A DNA stretch of 64,000 nucleotides from Myxococcota bacterium (GTDB lineage Bacteria > Myxococcota_A > Polyangia > Nannocystales > Nannocystaceae), in NCBI GenBank assembly GCA_039028615.1, contig JBCCHT010000002.1:533547-597546 (forward strand), read 5' to 3'. Within the stretch, counting starts at the first letter, position 1. Every line of letters starts with the position of its first letter. Below, piece after piece: positions 50,080 to 60,610 of the stretch. Position numbers and translations under genes: made by a program. The notes below the pieces were generated by a model. The model saw only the letters and a program-made list of their open reading frames with translations. It had not been told where the DNA came from and made no database searches.

Positions 50080-51720
50080 CTATCGAGCGGTGGGGCTCGC
50101 CTCAGCGGACTTTGCGCGCCGACTATAATGAGTCCGCCGCACGCGAGCAAGCACCCCGCCACACACGGCGAGCACACACAGCCACGGCAACAGCCACCCC
50201 ACCCGGGCGAAGAACGTGGGATCCCGCTCGGTGTTGCGGGCCAGCGAAACGTCGTGCACCAGCACCTCGGGCGGCACGTGATTGGTCGCCGTAGGGCCTC
50301 GCGCGGGGATGTGCGCGGCCAAACGCCCGCCCGCATCGACCACCGAACTCACCCCCGCCGCCACGCTTCGCACCATCGGAATGCGGTGCTCCACGCTACG
50401 AAACTGAGCGAGGGCGAGGTGTTCCCACGGCTCCGCCGTGTCACCGAACCAGGTATCGATGGTCACGTTGACGAACAGCTCGACCCCGCCGGGCAGCACC
50501 GCCACCTGGTGCGCAAACTCGGGAATGATGTCCTCGTAACAGATCAGCGGCCCCGCCCAGACCGGCTCCGAGGGCAGGTCCGACGTGCCCGGCACCGGCT
50601 CGACCCGCATGCGCGCCGGGCCTTCGCCCGCGTTGTTGTGCGAGATCGAAGGCACCTGCTCCATCGCCCACCGCGGATCGACCACGGGGACGTACTCGCC
50701 GAAGGGCACCAGGATCACCTTGTCGAACGAACCGGTGACGCGCCCGTCCGCCGCCATCGCATAGACGGTGTTGTACTCCCAGGGGCTATGCGGACCGTAG
50801 CTGCCCGCCCCGAAGATCGTGGGCAGCCCGTGCCCGGCTCGCACGCTGCGATAGGGATCGTTGAAGTCCTGCTCGAAGGGCCTACGCGTACGGAAGGGAA
50901 ACGCCCCCGCCTCCGGCCACACCATCAGCTGCGCGCCCTGGTCCCGGGCCTGCCGCGACATCGCCCGCAGCCGGTTCATCTTGTCGAGGTCGTCGAACGA
51001 ACCCAGCGCCGTGTTGGGCTGCACGATGCCGACGCGCAGCATTCGGCCCTCGGCCGCTCGCGCGTCGACCTGATCGAGTCGCAGCTGGCCGAGCCCCCAC
51101 GACGCCAGCGGAATGGCGACTGCGATCGCGACCCGAATCCCGCGGCTCCGCGAGCTGCCGCCCAAGATGGCGTCGGCGAGCAGCACGCCCACCGCCACCA
51201 CCTGCGCCACCACCAACGAGATGCCGCCGAGCTCCGCCAGCTGGATCCACTGCGGCACCTCGGCAAAGCCGATCACCACCGTGTAGGGAAAGAACGACGG
51301 CCATGAGAACGCCAGCGCCGCCCACAGCACCATCGGCCAGACCATGGCTTTCCAGCCTCGCTGCGGGCCGCGGCTGACCCCCAACGTCCACAAGCCGAAG
51401 GGCACCGCCGTCCAGGCCGCGAACAGCAGCAGTCCCAGCGCAGCCACGGGAAACGGCAGGCCTCCGAAGCGCTCGAGGGTCTCCGCGATCCAGGGGAAGC
51501 CCACCAGTCCCGAGCACAGGCCGCCGACCCAGCCGAGCACGAACACCTGTCGCGGTCGTCGCTCCGTGCTCACCCTCGCCACCAGCATCAGCGGCACGAA
51601 GCCCAGCCAGATGAGCCACGTCATCCCCTGCGGCGGAGCGCCCAACGCCATCATCAGCGTCGCGGTGAAGGACAGCGCGGCCAGGCGCCACGCGCCCCAC
51701 GACTGCAAGCGTTCGTGCAC
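50080..51720 (-). CDS. lnt: apolipoprotein N-acyltransferase
   Basis: N-terminal TMs; VQPN, WPE, K.ILVPFGEY, LICYE, TWFG. Confidence 0.93.
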   Translation of the reverse strand: MHERLQSWGAWRLAALSFTATLMMALGAPPQGMTWLIWLGFVPLMLVARVSTERRPRQVFVLGWVGGLCSGLVGFPWIAETLERFGGLPFPVAALGLLLFAAWTAVPFGLWTLGVSRGPQRGWKAMVWPMVLWAALAFSWPSFFPYTVVIGFAEVPQWIQLAELGGISLVVAQVVAVGVLLADAILGGSSRSRGIRVAIAVAIPLASWGLGQLRLDQVDARAAEGRMLRVGIVQPNTALGSFDDLDKMNRLRAMSRQARDQGAQLMVWPEAGAFPFRTRRPFEQDFNDPYRSVRAGHGLPTIFGAGSYGPHSPWEYNTVYAMAADGRVTGSFDKVILVPFGEYVPVVDPRWAMEQVPSISHNNAGEGPARMRVEPVPGTSDLPSEPVWAGPLICYEDIIPEFAHQVAVLPGGVELFVNVTIDTWFGDTAEPWEHLALAQFRSVEHRIPMVRSVAAGVSSVVDAGGRLAAHIPARGPTATNHVPPEVLVHDVSLARNTERDPTFFARVGWLLPWLCVLAVCGGVLARVRRTHYSRRAKSAEASPTAR

Positions 51721-51851
51721 GCGGCAAGCATGCGGCAGGTCGAGCGCGCGAACAATCGTGGCGCGGTCAAGCCGTTGATTTCATTGGTCGACGGTCCTTC
51801 GTTGCGGCCGGGGTTTGCATCCAGGTCGGCGGCGGACCATCCGTACGCGGC

Positions 51852-52214
51852 TCAAAGTCGGCGGACGTGGGCGATCAACGCTTCGAGCACCTCGGGCCGA
51901 CTCCCCAGGTCGGGATTCGGCGCCATCGCGAGGTTCAGCCCCACCGAGGGCCCCCCTTCGACGATGACCTTGCGCAGGTGCTCATCGGTCACCGACTCCT
52001 TCCACGCGCGGTCGGAGAGTCGTCGCGGCTTGACCTCGAGGTAGCGCGCCTGGGGGCCGTCGCCGTGCCCGGACAAGCCGTGGCAGGTCGAGCAGCGCTC
52101 CTTCCAGACCTTTTGGGCGTCCTTGCGGGCTTGGGGGCTGATGGACTTGCCCGAGTCGGGAAAGCAGGCCACTGCCGCCAGGCTCATCGACAACGCTATC
52201 GCTCGGGGGCTCAT
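51852..52214 (-). CDS. monoheme cytochrome c lipoprotein
   Basis: CSTCH heme motif, GDGP, axial Met (AMAP); lipobox AVAC; ATGA overlap with the fpg-like gene. Confidence 0.85.
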   Translation of the reverse strand: MSPRAIALSMSLAAVACFPDSGKSISPQARKDAQKVWKERCSTCHGLSGHGDGPQARYLEVKPRRLSDRAWKESVTDEHLRKVIVEGGPSVGLNLAMAPNPDLGSRPEVLEALIAHVRRL

Positions 52215-53116
52215 CGTCGTGCCTCTTCCAGATCGTCCAGGGTACGGGGGAAATCCTTGCCGAGCAGGCGGGACAGCGCACGGTCGGCCAGGCGGCGCCC
52301 ACCGTTCTGACAGCGGGCGCAGTAGTTGGTCTCGCGATCGGCGTAGACGATGCGCTGCACGGGCGCCTCGCACACGGGGCAAGGCTCGCCGTAGCGACCG
52401 TGCACGGCCATGTCGTCGCGGAATGCGGTGACCTTGGTGGGGAAGCCGTCGCCGACCTCTTCGCGAATGCGCTGGGTGAAGCGCTGCAGCACGGCTTGGG
52501 TGGCGGCGAAGAGCCGCTCGAGGTCCTCGGCCGGCAGCTTCTGCGTCAGCTTGGTGGGGGCCATCTTGGCGGCGTGCAGGATTTCGTCGGAGTAGGCATT
52601 GCCCACGCCGCTGAGGATCCGCGGGTCGGTGAGCGCTCGCTTGATGGTGTGGTTTTTCCGCGTGAGGGCGTCGCGGAAGTCGTCGAAGCTGCAGTCGAGC
52701 ACTTCGAGGCCGCCCCGGTCGTGCTCGGCGAGCCCCTCCCGCCCCTCGACCAGGTGCAACGAGGCTCGCTTCTTGCTGCCCTGCTCGGTCATCACCAGGG
52801 TCCCTCCGCCGAAGGTGAAGCGAGCGAGCAGTGCTTTGCCGCCCGCGCCCTTCTTGGTGGACCCGGCTTCGATCCATCGGAACCGACCCAGGCGCATGAG
52901 ATGAAAGACCATGAACCACTCGCCCGACAACTCGATGACGATGCGCTTGGCGAGCCGCTCGACGCCCACGACTTGCCGCCCCTGAGCCTCGCGCCACGGC
53001 GGCAAGGCGGTGCGAAGTAGGAACGGCGAGCGCAGCTTGATCTCCTCGAGCGAGCTTCCCTCGAGCTTGCGCCGGAGGCACTCGACGTAGACGGTGATGT
53101 CGGGAAGCTCGGGCAC
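52211..53116 (-). CDS. Fpg/Nei-family DNA glycosylase
   Basis: N-terminal PELPD, H2TH GVGNAYSDEIL, zinc finger CPVC..CARC. Confidence 0.92.
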   Translation of the reverse strand: MPELPDITVYVECLRRKLEGSSLEEIKLRSPFLLRTALPPWREAQGRQVVGVERLAKRIVIELSGEWFMVFHLMRLGRFRWIEAGSTKKGAGGKALLARFTFGGGTLVMTEQGSKKRASLHLVEGREGLAEHDRGGLEVLDCSFDDFRDALTRKNHTIKRALTDPRILSGVGNAYSDEILHAAKMAPTKLTQKLPAEDLERLFAATQAVLQRFTQRIREEVGDGFPTKVTAFRDDMAVHGRYGEPCPVCEAPVQRIVYADRETNYCARCQNGGRRLADRALSRLLGKDFPRTLDDLEEARR

Positions 53117-53202
53117 GACCTGCGGATCGAAACGCTAACAGCCGGCCCGACCACGAGCCAGCCTCGTACGTAGGGGCGACCCGAAGCGGTCCTGCGGCGT
53201 GG

Positions 53203-54759
53203 TTGACCCTGGCGCCGCCGCCGGGCTACCTCAGTCTCGTGCCCGACGGATCGACGAGCCCTCCCCTGCAGACGACCATCGCGATCCTGGGGGCGGGCTT
53301 CGCGGGCCTGGGCATGGCGATCCGGCTCCAGCAAGAGGGCATCCGCGACTTCCTGCTGCTCGAGCGGGCGAGCGACATCGGCGGCACGTGGAGGGACAAC
53401 GTCTATCCGGGCTGCGCCTGCGACGTGCCCTCGCACCTGTACTCGTTTTCGTTCGAGCTGAACCCGAACTGGAGTCACGTGTTCTCGCCCCAGGCGGAGA
53501 TCCAGGCCTATCTCCAGGACTGCACCGATCGCCACCAGCTTCGCGATCGGATCCACTTCGATGCCGAGGTGGTCCAGGCCACGTTCAACGAGGACACGGG
53601 GCGCTGGCAGCTGACCCTGGCCGACGGTCGCCGGGTGGTGGCACGGTTCCTGGTCAACGGCGTGGGTGCGCTGAAGGACCCGCGCTACCCCTCCATCCCG
53701 GGGCGAGACTCGTTCGCCGGGATTGCGATGCACTCCGCCCGCTGGGACACGAGCGCCACGCTCGATGGCAAGCGCATCGCGGTCATCGGCACCGGAGCGA
53801 GCGCGATCCAAATCGTCCCCGAAATCGCCCCGAAGGTGGAGCAGCTCACCGTGTTCCAGCGCAGCGCACCGTGGGTCAACCCCCGCAACGACCGCGCGTA
53901 CTCGGAGGTGGAAAAGGCCCTCTTTCGCCGCGTGCCCGCAGCCATGCGCATGCATCGATGGGGCATCTACGGGCAGCTCGAGGTCCGACACCCGCTGGTG
54001 TTCACGCGGGAGACCGCGGTCCGCCGCGCGGTCGAGTGGAACATCAAACGCCACATTCGCAAGCAGGTCCGCGACCCCGAGCTGGCGCGGCGCATCACCC
54101 CCGACTATCCGCTGGGGTGCAAGCGCATCCTCGTGTCCGACGACTGGTACCCCGCCCTCGCGCGCCCCAACGTCGACGTCGACACCACGGCCATCCGCGA
54201 GATCACGCCGACGGGTCTACGGCTCGCCGACGGCCGCGAGCACGAGGCCGATGCCCTCATCTACTGCACCGGGTTCACCGTCGACGAGCCGCTCGGCACC
54301 ACCGAGGTCGTCGGCGTGGGCGGGCAGAGCCTGCGCGACTACTGGGGCGGCCGTCCGCGCGCGTACCTGGGCATCACCATGGCGGGCTTTCCCAACGCGT
54401 TCACCCTGCTGGGCCCCAACACTGGCCTCGGGCACAACTCGGTGGTCCTGATGATCGAAGCACAGATCGAGTACGTGCTACAGGCGATCCGCTACGTCCG
54501 TCAGCACCCGGACCTCGACTGGATCGACGTCGACGACAGCGCAGTGGAGCGTTTCGTAGCCGAGATCGACGAGCGCAGCGCGACCTCGGTGTGGCAGAGC
54601 GGATGCACGAGCTGGTACCTGTCCTCCGAGGGCTTCAACACCGCGCTGTGGCCCGACAGCACCGTGCGGTACTTCCAGCGGACCCGGACCTTCGACCCGG
54701 GGCTCTATCGCCGCCGCCGTCGGCACGAGCCAGCCCGCGCGAACTCGGACACCGAGTAG
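53203..54759 (+). CDS. flavin-containing (Baeyer-Villiger-type) monooxygenase
   Basis: GAGFAG, GGTWRDNVYPGCACD, FAGIAMHSARW, GTGASA. Confidence 0.93.
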   Translation: MTLAPPPGYLSLVPDGSTSPPLQTTIAILGAGFAGLGMAIRLQQEGIRDFLLLERASDIGGTWRDNVYPGCACDVPSHLYSFSFELNPNWSHVFSPQAEIQAYLQDCTDRHQLRDRIHFDAEVVQATFNEDTGRWQLTLADGRRVVARFLVNGVGALKDPRYPSIPGRDSFAGIAMHSARWDTSATLDGKRIAVIGTGASAIQIVPEIAPKVEQLTVFQRSAPWVNPRNDRAYSEVEKALFRRVPAAMRMHRWGIYGQLEVRHPLVFTRETAVRRAVEWNIKRHIRKQVRDPELARRITPDYPLGCKRILVSDDWYPALARPNVDVDTTAIREITPTGLRLADGREHEADALIYCTGFTVDEPLGTTEVVGVGGQSLRDYWGGRPRAYLGITMAGFPNAFTLLGPNTGLGHNSVVLMIEAQIEYVLQAIRYVRQHPDLDWIDVDDSAVERFVAEIDERSATSVWQSGCTSWYLSSEGFNTALWPDSTVRYFQRTRTFDPGLYRRRRRHEPARANSDTE

Positions 54760-54987
54760 CGCGTCGAAGATCGTGTGCAACAAATCGCCTCGCGAGTGAC
54801 ACCGCATTTTGGTCGCCGCGCGCGGCGAAAGAAAACCGACTAGAGGGAGCGAAGAAGTGGGTCTTCGCGGGAAACCCAGGCGACGCTCGGGGTTGATCGA
54901 ATTGAAATTCCGAGTGTCGTTCCCCGTCGAAGAGTGACGAGAGTCGAATCAAAACGTCTTCACTGTCACACAACAAAGTACATTCGC

Positions 54988-56577
54988 ATGCAACAGCACC
55001 GATTGAGTCTCGCGATGGGCACCATCGCCGTCGCCCTATGTGGGGCCTGCAACGCACACCCGCTCAAGCCGGTATGTCTCGATCACGAAGCGGAGGAAAC
55101 GATCCAAGTCTCGATGGACTCCCAGCGCAAAGTCGACATTCTGTTCGTGATCGACGACTCCGGCTCCATGGGTGAGGAGCAGGCCGCGCTCGCCTCCAAC
55201 TTCGAGGTCTTGGTGGAGCGACTCGAGCAAATCGAGGTCGGCGCCGACTATCGCATCGGCATCATCACCACCAACAACCCTCATCCTCATTGTGCCGACA
55301 CTTCGGACGTCGAGCTCGGCGCGCTTCAGCTACGCAGCTGTCTCTCTCATCTCGATCATTTCATCTATGCGGATATCGATCGCCGCGAAGAAGCGTGCCG
55401 AGCCCGATGCCCGGCCCACCTGGCCGACCTGAGCACCACCCCCACCGCGCTCGAGCCGGGCGGGCCGCTCGCCGCCCGTCCCTGGCTCCAGCGCGACGAC
55501 GAGGGCAGCAACGTGCCCGACGGAGTCACCACCGCCCAGGCGCTGGCTTGCTGGGGCCCCCAGGGGATCAGCGGCTGCGGCTACGAGTCGCCGCTCGAAG
55601 CGATGGTGACCGCCTTCGATCGTAGCCAGGACGACGATGATCCCATGGCCGGATTCCTGCGCGACGATGCGCTGCTCCAGGTCGTCATCATCACCGACGA
55701 AGCCGACTGCTCGGCCACTGCTGCGGGCTTCCCCGCCTTCGACCCCGATGGCGACCGTGCGCTGTGGCCCGACCCGAACGCTCAGCTGGCTCCGAGCGCG
55801 GTGTGCTGGAATGCGGGGGTGGCCTGCGAGAGCCGGGCCGACGGCAGCACCTCGTGTCGACCGGCCGACCTCGACGCCCAAGGCCAGCCGACGGCCGTCG
55901 GAGAGGCCGCCCTTCATCCCCTCTCGCGCTATCTCGAGCGCCTGGGCCAGCTCGACCAACGCAAGCGCCAACGCCAGGGCTCCGACCAGGCACAAGTCCT
56001 GCTCTCGGTCATCGCGGGGGTGCCCATCGGCTATGCGGGCGAGGCCATCGACTACGGGCCGGGCACCGATGCCGAGTTCGCCGGCTACTACGGCGTCGGG
56101 GCCGGGTGCAGCAGCGACCGCGGCGAGGCCGTGCCCCCCGTGCGGCTGCTGGCGATGGCCGAGTCCATGGACGAGACCAAGAGCAACGTGTTCTCGATCT
56201 GCGACGGCGACTATCGACCCGCGCTCGAAGCCATCGCCAACCGCTTGATCGCGCAGCTGTCCCACCCCACGTGCATCGACTCCGGCGGCCGCGGCAGCGA
56301 GGTGGTCGACGCGGGCGAGGTGGAGCACTGCATCGTGCAGCAGCGGGTCGGCAACGAGCTACGCTCGGTGGCCACCTGCCAGCAAGGCCCCGAGGGCTGG
56401 GAGCTACCGCCCGGCGCGTCGCTGTGCACCTATGCGGTCACCGACGAAGAGCTGCACGAGACCTGCACCGACGAGAGCCAAGGCGTCGAGCTTCGCTACC
56501 TCCAAGCCCCCAATACCGACTTCGGCTCGGTCGAGGTCACCTGCGAGGTCGGCTTCGGCCCGAGCTGTGCAGCGTGA
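54988..56577 (+). CDS. Cys-rich VWA-domain lipoprotein
   Basis: VDILFVIDDSGSM (MIDAS), GCGYESPLE, FLRDDA, ITDEADCS; lipobox CGAC. Confidence 0.85.
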   Translation: MQQHRLSLAMGTIAVALCGACNAHPLKPVCLDHEAEETIQVSMDSQRKVDILFVIDDSGSMGEEQAALASNFEVLVERLEQIEVGADYRIGIITTNNPHPHCADTSDVELGALQLRSCLSHLDHFIYADIDRREEACRARCPAHLADLSTTPTALEPGGPLAARPWLQRDDEGSNVPDGVTTAQALACWGPQGISGCGYESPLEAMVTAFDRSQDDDDPMAGFLRDDALLQVVIITDEADCSATAAGFPAFDPDGDRALWPDPNAQLAPSAVCWNAGVACESRADGSTSCRPADLDAQGQPTAVGEAALHPLSRYLERLGQLDQRKRQRQGSDQAQVLLSVIAGVPIGYAGEAIDYGPGTDAEFAGYYGVGAGCSSDRGEAVPPVRLLAMAESMDETKSNVFSICDGDYRPALEAIANRLIAQLSHPTCIDSGGRGSEVVDAGEVEHCIVQQRVGNELRSVATCQQGPEGWELPPGASLCTYAVTDEELHETCTDESQGVELRYLQAPNTDFGSVEVTCEVGFGPSCAA

Positions 56578-56652
56578 GGGCCTCGGCCGGGGACAGCCAC
56601 TGCTGGTCGGGGTGGCTGGTCCTCGGTCGGGGCGCTGTACGGGGTCCCGCGG

Positions 56653-57780
56653 TCACCCCACGGCGACCGAGATGGACTCGTAGGACACGGGCGAGGGCCG
56701 AGCCCGACGAAACTCGGCGGGGCTCATGCCCGACCATCGCTTGAAGGCCCGCCGAAACGCGCTCTCCGCCGAGTAGCCGAGCATGAATGCGACCTCGGCC
56801 ACGCCGAGTCGGCGGTCTTCGAGCAGCTGCCGGGCATGAGACTCGCGCGCGTCCTCGACCAGGCGCCGCACGGTGGTGCCATGGGCCCGCGCCTGGCGCT
56901 CGAGCGAGCGCAGGCTCATCCCCAGCCGCTTGGCGAGGGCCTCGGCCCCGTACTCGCCGCCGCGCGCGTTGACGGTGATCGCGGAGCGAACGCGGGCCAG
57001 CTCGACCGAGGCTTCCGACGCGCCCAGCTGGTCGCGCAGACGCTCGAGCTGTTGCTCCCCGACTTGATAGCGAAACCGATCACTGCGGTCGTTGGGGTGC
57101 TCGAGCGTCGCCGTCTGGAAGATCAGGGCATTGGCGGGCTGGCCGAAGCGCACCTCGACGCCGAAGAACTCCGCATAGACCTCGAGGGGAGCGACGGGCT
57201 CGTGTACGAACTCGACGCGAACGATGGCATCCCCGTGCATCAACACCTCGCGCAGAAACCGAACCGACAGACCCATCGCGGCCTCGGGCGGCGTGCTGGA
57301 ATAGCGCACGAAGTCGAGCGCGTGGCTCATGAGCAGCGTGGTCTCCTCCGGCCCCGGCTGCACGTCGAGCTGGAGTTCTTGGGAGAACACGGATCGATAA
57401 CGAACCATGGCATCGAGCGCGGCCTGCAGACAGGTGGCATGACCGGCGACGTGGCCGACCACGCCGAAGAACGAGAGCGGTGCGGTCTTGGCCATCTCCA
57501 GGCCCATCGCTCGCCCGGCGAAGACGTCGTCGATGAGCTCCCATAGGGAGGAGACGACCTCGTCGGAGATGCGAACGCCGGGCTGCACGAGCTCGGTGAG
57601 GGTCACGCCCGTGACTTCGGTGACGCGTTCGAGCGGCAAGCCCTGACTCACCGCGAAGGCGACCGCGCCCGCGATGGGGCTCATGAGGGTGGTCGCCTTG
57701 GAGGCGGACCCGGGCTCGGGTGCGGACGCGCGAAGATGACGTTCGATGGATAGGGGTCCTGGGGGCGGGACACTGGGCAT
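56653..57780 (-). CDS. AraC-family transcriptional regulator
   Basis: LAKRLGMSLRSLER, VAFMLGYSAESAFRRAFKRW. Start uncertain (57684-57837). Confidence 0.9.
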   Translation of the reverse strand: MPSVPPPGPLSIERHLRASAPEPGSASKATTLMSPIAGAVAFAVSQGLPLERVTEVTGVTLTELVQPGVRISDEVVSSLWELIDDVFAGRAMGLEMAKTAPLSFFGVVGHVAGHATCLQAALDAMVRYRSVFSQELQLDVQPGPEETTLLMSHALDFVRYSSTPPEAAMGLSVRFLREVLMHGDAIVRVEFVHEPVAPLEVYAEFFGVEVRFGQPANALIFQTATLEHPNDRSDRFRYQVGEQQLERLRDQLGASEASVELARVRSAITVNARGGEYGAEALAKRLGMSLRSLERQARAHGTTVRRLVEDARESHARQLLEDRRLGVAEVAFMLGYSAESAFRRAFKRWSGMSPAEFRRARPSPVSYESISVAVG

Positions 57781-58033
57781 AGATGATCTCCACGACCCGA
57801 CGACGCCCGACATGGGTCGACGCGGGAACGTGTCCAAGGGCCGAGTAGAGCAACCAGCGTGCCAATCCCCGCCTCGCGGTGGGCGCTCGGTCCGAAACGC
57901 CGCGAACTAGGTCCGACCGCCGTTCCGCCACCGACCCGATCTCGAGCCGCAGATCGTTCCGAGCCCAGCGACCTGGCTACTGTCGTCGTTGCCGCGACTA
58001 GAGCATTCGCCGATCCCATCGCCCGAGGTGGAC

Positions 58034-59122
58034 TCAGCGCGACTCGACCATACGCCGCAGAAGAGGCTCGAGCCGCGGCCATGCCAGCTCGGCGACCACG
58101 CGAGCCCCTCGCTCGTTGGGATGACCATCGCCGGCGATCGAGATGGCGTCCCAGTCGCCATCGCTCTGCCGAAGCAACGCGGGCGCGAGGTCGTGAAACT
58201 CGATGCCTTGCTCGCGGAAGAACGCCGGAGCCTGCTCGAGAAAACGCTGCGAAGGATACCGCTGCGATCCGAAGTGCGGCGAGTCTTGGTAGCCCGTGGT
58301 CAGCACGAGCAGCTCGATGTCACGAGCATCGCACCACGCGTGCAAGCGAACGAAGAGCGCACGACCCAGGTCCGCGGCCGTGTCCGGCTCGGGGGCGGCG
58401 GGTGGACCTTCGTCGGGAGCTCGGGTCGGCTTGGGCACCATGACCCGACGTGCCAGCTGGAGCAGGTGTGAGTGCTCGAGCAGCCACGCGTAGCCGGGGA
58501 TGGCGTTGACGAAGGACTTCAGCCGCCGCGGCGGGAGGTCGTGCGCCTGCAACTCGCCGTGTTCATCGAGCGTGTACAGCCCCGCGTCGACCGAGCGCTG
58601 AATGTCGCCCCCGTTGAAGAACACCACCACCAGCTCGGGACGCAGCGAGTCCCCGTACTCCTCGAGCAACGCGACCATGTTGGCCAGCCCGAAGCCGGAG
58701 ACGCCTCCGTTGAGGATCTCGACCCGGTCCTTGCCGAACGCAGCGTCCGCCCGCTGCCCCAGCTGACTCGCGTAGGTGTCGGGTTCGTCGAGCAGCACGC
58801 CGAAGGTGAACGAGTCCCCCAGCAGCAACACGGGTGCGCCATCGGGCGACGCAGCCGAGCCCCGCAGGTGCCGACCATCGAAGCGATACTCGACGATACG
58901 GTCCCCGAGCTGGTGCTGTGCCCGCCCGGACGCGCGATTGATGAGCTGGCCTCGCCCGGGTGACTGCACGCGGAACGACCCGGTCAGATCCTGAGGCCGG
59001 ACCAGCCGAACCGCGACCTCACCGAGCAGGAGCGCGACGACCAGGGCCGCCAGCAAGACGAGAGCGCGGCGCCAGGCGGCGGGGCGAGCCCGGCCGGCAC
59101 GGTGGGGTGCCTTGCCGGGCAC
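58034..59122 (-). CDS. SGNH/GDSL hydrolase-family protein
   Basis: LGDSFTFG, NGGVSGFG, DGHPN; N-terminal TM. Confidence 0.85.
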   Translation of the reverse strand: MPGKAPHRAGRARPAAWRRALVLLAALVVALLLGEVAVRLVRPQDLTGSFRVQSPGRGQLINRASGRAQHQLGDRIVEYRFDGRHLRGSAASPDGAPVLLLGDSFTFGVLLDEPDTYASQLGQRADAAFGKDRVEILNGGVSGFGLANMVALLEEYGDSLRPELVVVFFNGGDIQRSVDAGLYTLDEHGELQAHDLPPRRLKSFVNAIPGYAWLLEHSHLLQLARRVMVPKPTRAPDEGPPAAPEPDTAADLGRALFVRLHAWCDARDIELLVLTTGYQDSPHFGSQRYPSQRFLEQAPAFFREQGIEFHDLAPALLRQSDGDWDAISIAGDGHPNERGARVVAELAWPRLEPLLRRMVESR

Positions 59123-59131
59123 CGCTTGCCC

Positions 59132-60610
59132 CTATTCCTGAACCTCGCCGCCGTCGTCGAGGCCCACGGCGCCGTCTCCTTCGCCGCCGCCTTCGGCCAC
59201 TTCACCGTCCTGGCCCTGCTCTTCACCCGCGTTGTTGTCCTCGCCGCCCTCTTCCTCGGCGGCAGGCTCCTCCGCGGCGGGTTCTTCTGCAGCCGGCTCC
59301 TCGGCGGCGGGCTCCTCGGCAGCCGGCTCTTCCTTGGTCGGCTCCGCGGGAGGCTCCTCCGAGGTCCCCAGCGTGGGCGGCAACGCGGCCGGCGTGGGGT
59401 TGGGCTCGAGCGGGGTCACGTCGAGCGGCTCGCCGATGGTCGGCTTGGCCTTGTCCTTGTCTTTGGCCGCGGCTCCCTTGGCCTTGTCGCGGTTCCGCGA
59501 GCGGCTGGCCCGGCTGCGGCGCTTCTTGTCCTCGCGCTCGCGCTGCTTGGCCCGCTTCTCGGCACGAGACTGGCGACGCTTGGACTTGATGGGCACGAAG
59601 CGGGGATCGATGACCGAGCCCTCGATGCGGAAGCCCTGCCCCTTCTCCGGGGGATCGAGCTTCGACTTCGGGTTCGCCGTCTGGATCATCAGCTTCATCG
59701 GCTCGCTCTCGTTCTGCAGCGAGTCGCTGAGGTTGAACTTGAGCACCATGTCGAAGCGACCCTTGGCGAAGGGATCCTTGAAGAGGATCTTGCCCGCCAG
59801 CTGGATCCACACGTCGTCGCTGTTGGTCTCGATGGGGCCGTCGCTCTCGGCCACGCCGCCCTCGACCGTCATGCGACCGGCCAGCGTCCCCACGTCGATC
59901 TCGGGGATCACCACGCCGCTCTTGAGCGTCTTGCTGCCCGGCACGTAGAGCTTCTCGACGCCGTCACCGAGGGTGCACGCGGCACAGGTGATGTCGATGA
60001 ACCCCTGCGCCTCGCCGAACTTGTGCTCGGGCATGGTGAGGTCGACCTCGATGGCCAAGATCCCGCGCAGCGGAGCGTTGAGGGCCTGGTTGGCCTTGGG
60101 GATGCGGTACAGCGGCAGGTCGGCGATCTCGAGGTTGAACGAGGACTCGTCCGAGCCCTTGTAGTAGTTCGCGGTGACGCGGCCGTCGTTGCCGTCGTCG
60201 AGCTCGAACTCGAGGTCCACGTCGATGTTGCCGACCATCAGCGACATCAGGCTGATGTCGACGTCGATCTCCTCGATCTCGAACTTCATCGGGACCTGGC
60301 CGGGCCGCGAGGGCTCGAAGGTCCAGCGCACGTTCTCGAGGGTGACGCCGCCGAAGGGCGAGACGGAGATGTCCTCGACGTCGACGAGATAGCCCTGCTT
60401 CTTCGCCTCGTGGCTGATGCGCCACGCCAGCGCGCGCGTGGGCAGGCTGAGCCAGGCAAAGAGGATGAAGAAGAGGAAGCCGATGCCGCCCCACAGGGCG
60501 ATCTGCCGCATGTTCCGGCGCAGCTTCACCAACCCGCCGCCACCAGCCGCCTTCCCGGGCACCTTGCCGCGGGTCATCGTGAAGTTGGGGAGCTTGACGG
60601 TGAACTTCAC
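59132..60610 (-). CDS. gspN: type II secretion system protein N (myxobacterial type) with acidic tail
   Basis: N-terminal TM, beta-rich periplasmic body, located after gspK-L-M. Confidence 0.7.
   Translation of the reverse strand: MKFTVKLPNFTMTRGKVPGKAAGGGGLVKLRRNMRQIALWGGIGFLFFILFAWLSLPTRALAWRISHEAKKQGYLVDVEDISVSPFGGVTLENVRWTFEPSRPGQVPMKFEIEEIDVDISLMSLMVGNIDVDLEFELDDGNDGRVTANYYKGSDESSFNLEIADLPLYRIPKANQALNAPLRGILAIEVDLTMPEHKFGEAQGFIDITCAACTLGDGVEKLYVPGSKTLKSGVVIPEIDVGTLAGRMTVEGGVAESDGPIETNSDDVWIQLAGKILFKDPFAKGRFDMVLKFNLSDSLQNESEPMKLMIQTANPKSKLDPPEKGQGFRIEGSVIDPRFVPIKSKRRQSRAEKRAKQREREDKKRRSRASRSRNRDKAKGAAAKDKDKAKPTIGEPLDVTPLEPNPTPAALPPTLGTSEEPPAEPTKEEPAAEEPAAEEPAAEEPAAEEPAAEEEGGEDNNAGEEQGQDGEVAEGGGEGDGAVGLDDGGEVQE
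59258..59332 (-). repeat. in-frame (EEPAA)x5 repeat
   Basis: Degenerate 15-bp unit x5 in the gspN tail. Confidence 0.9.
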
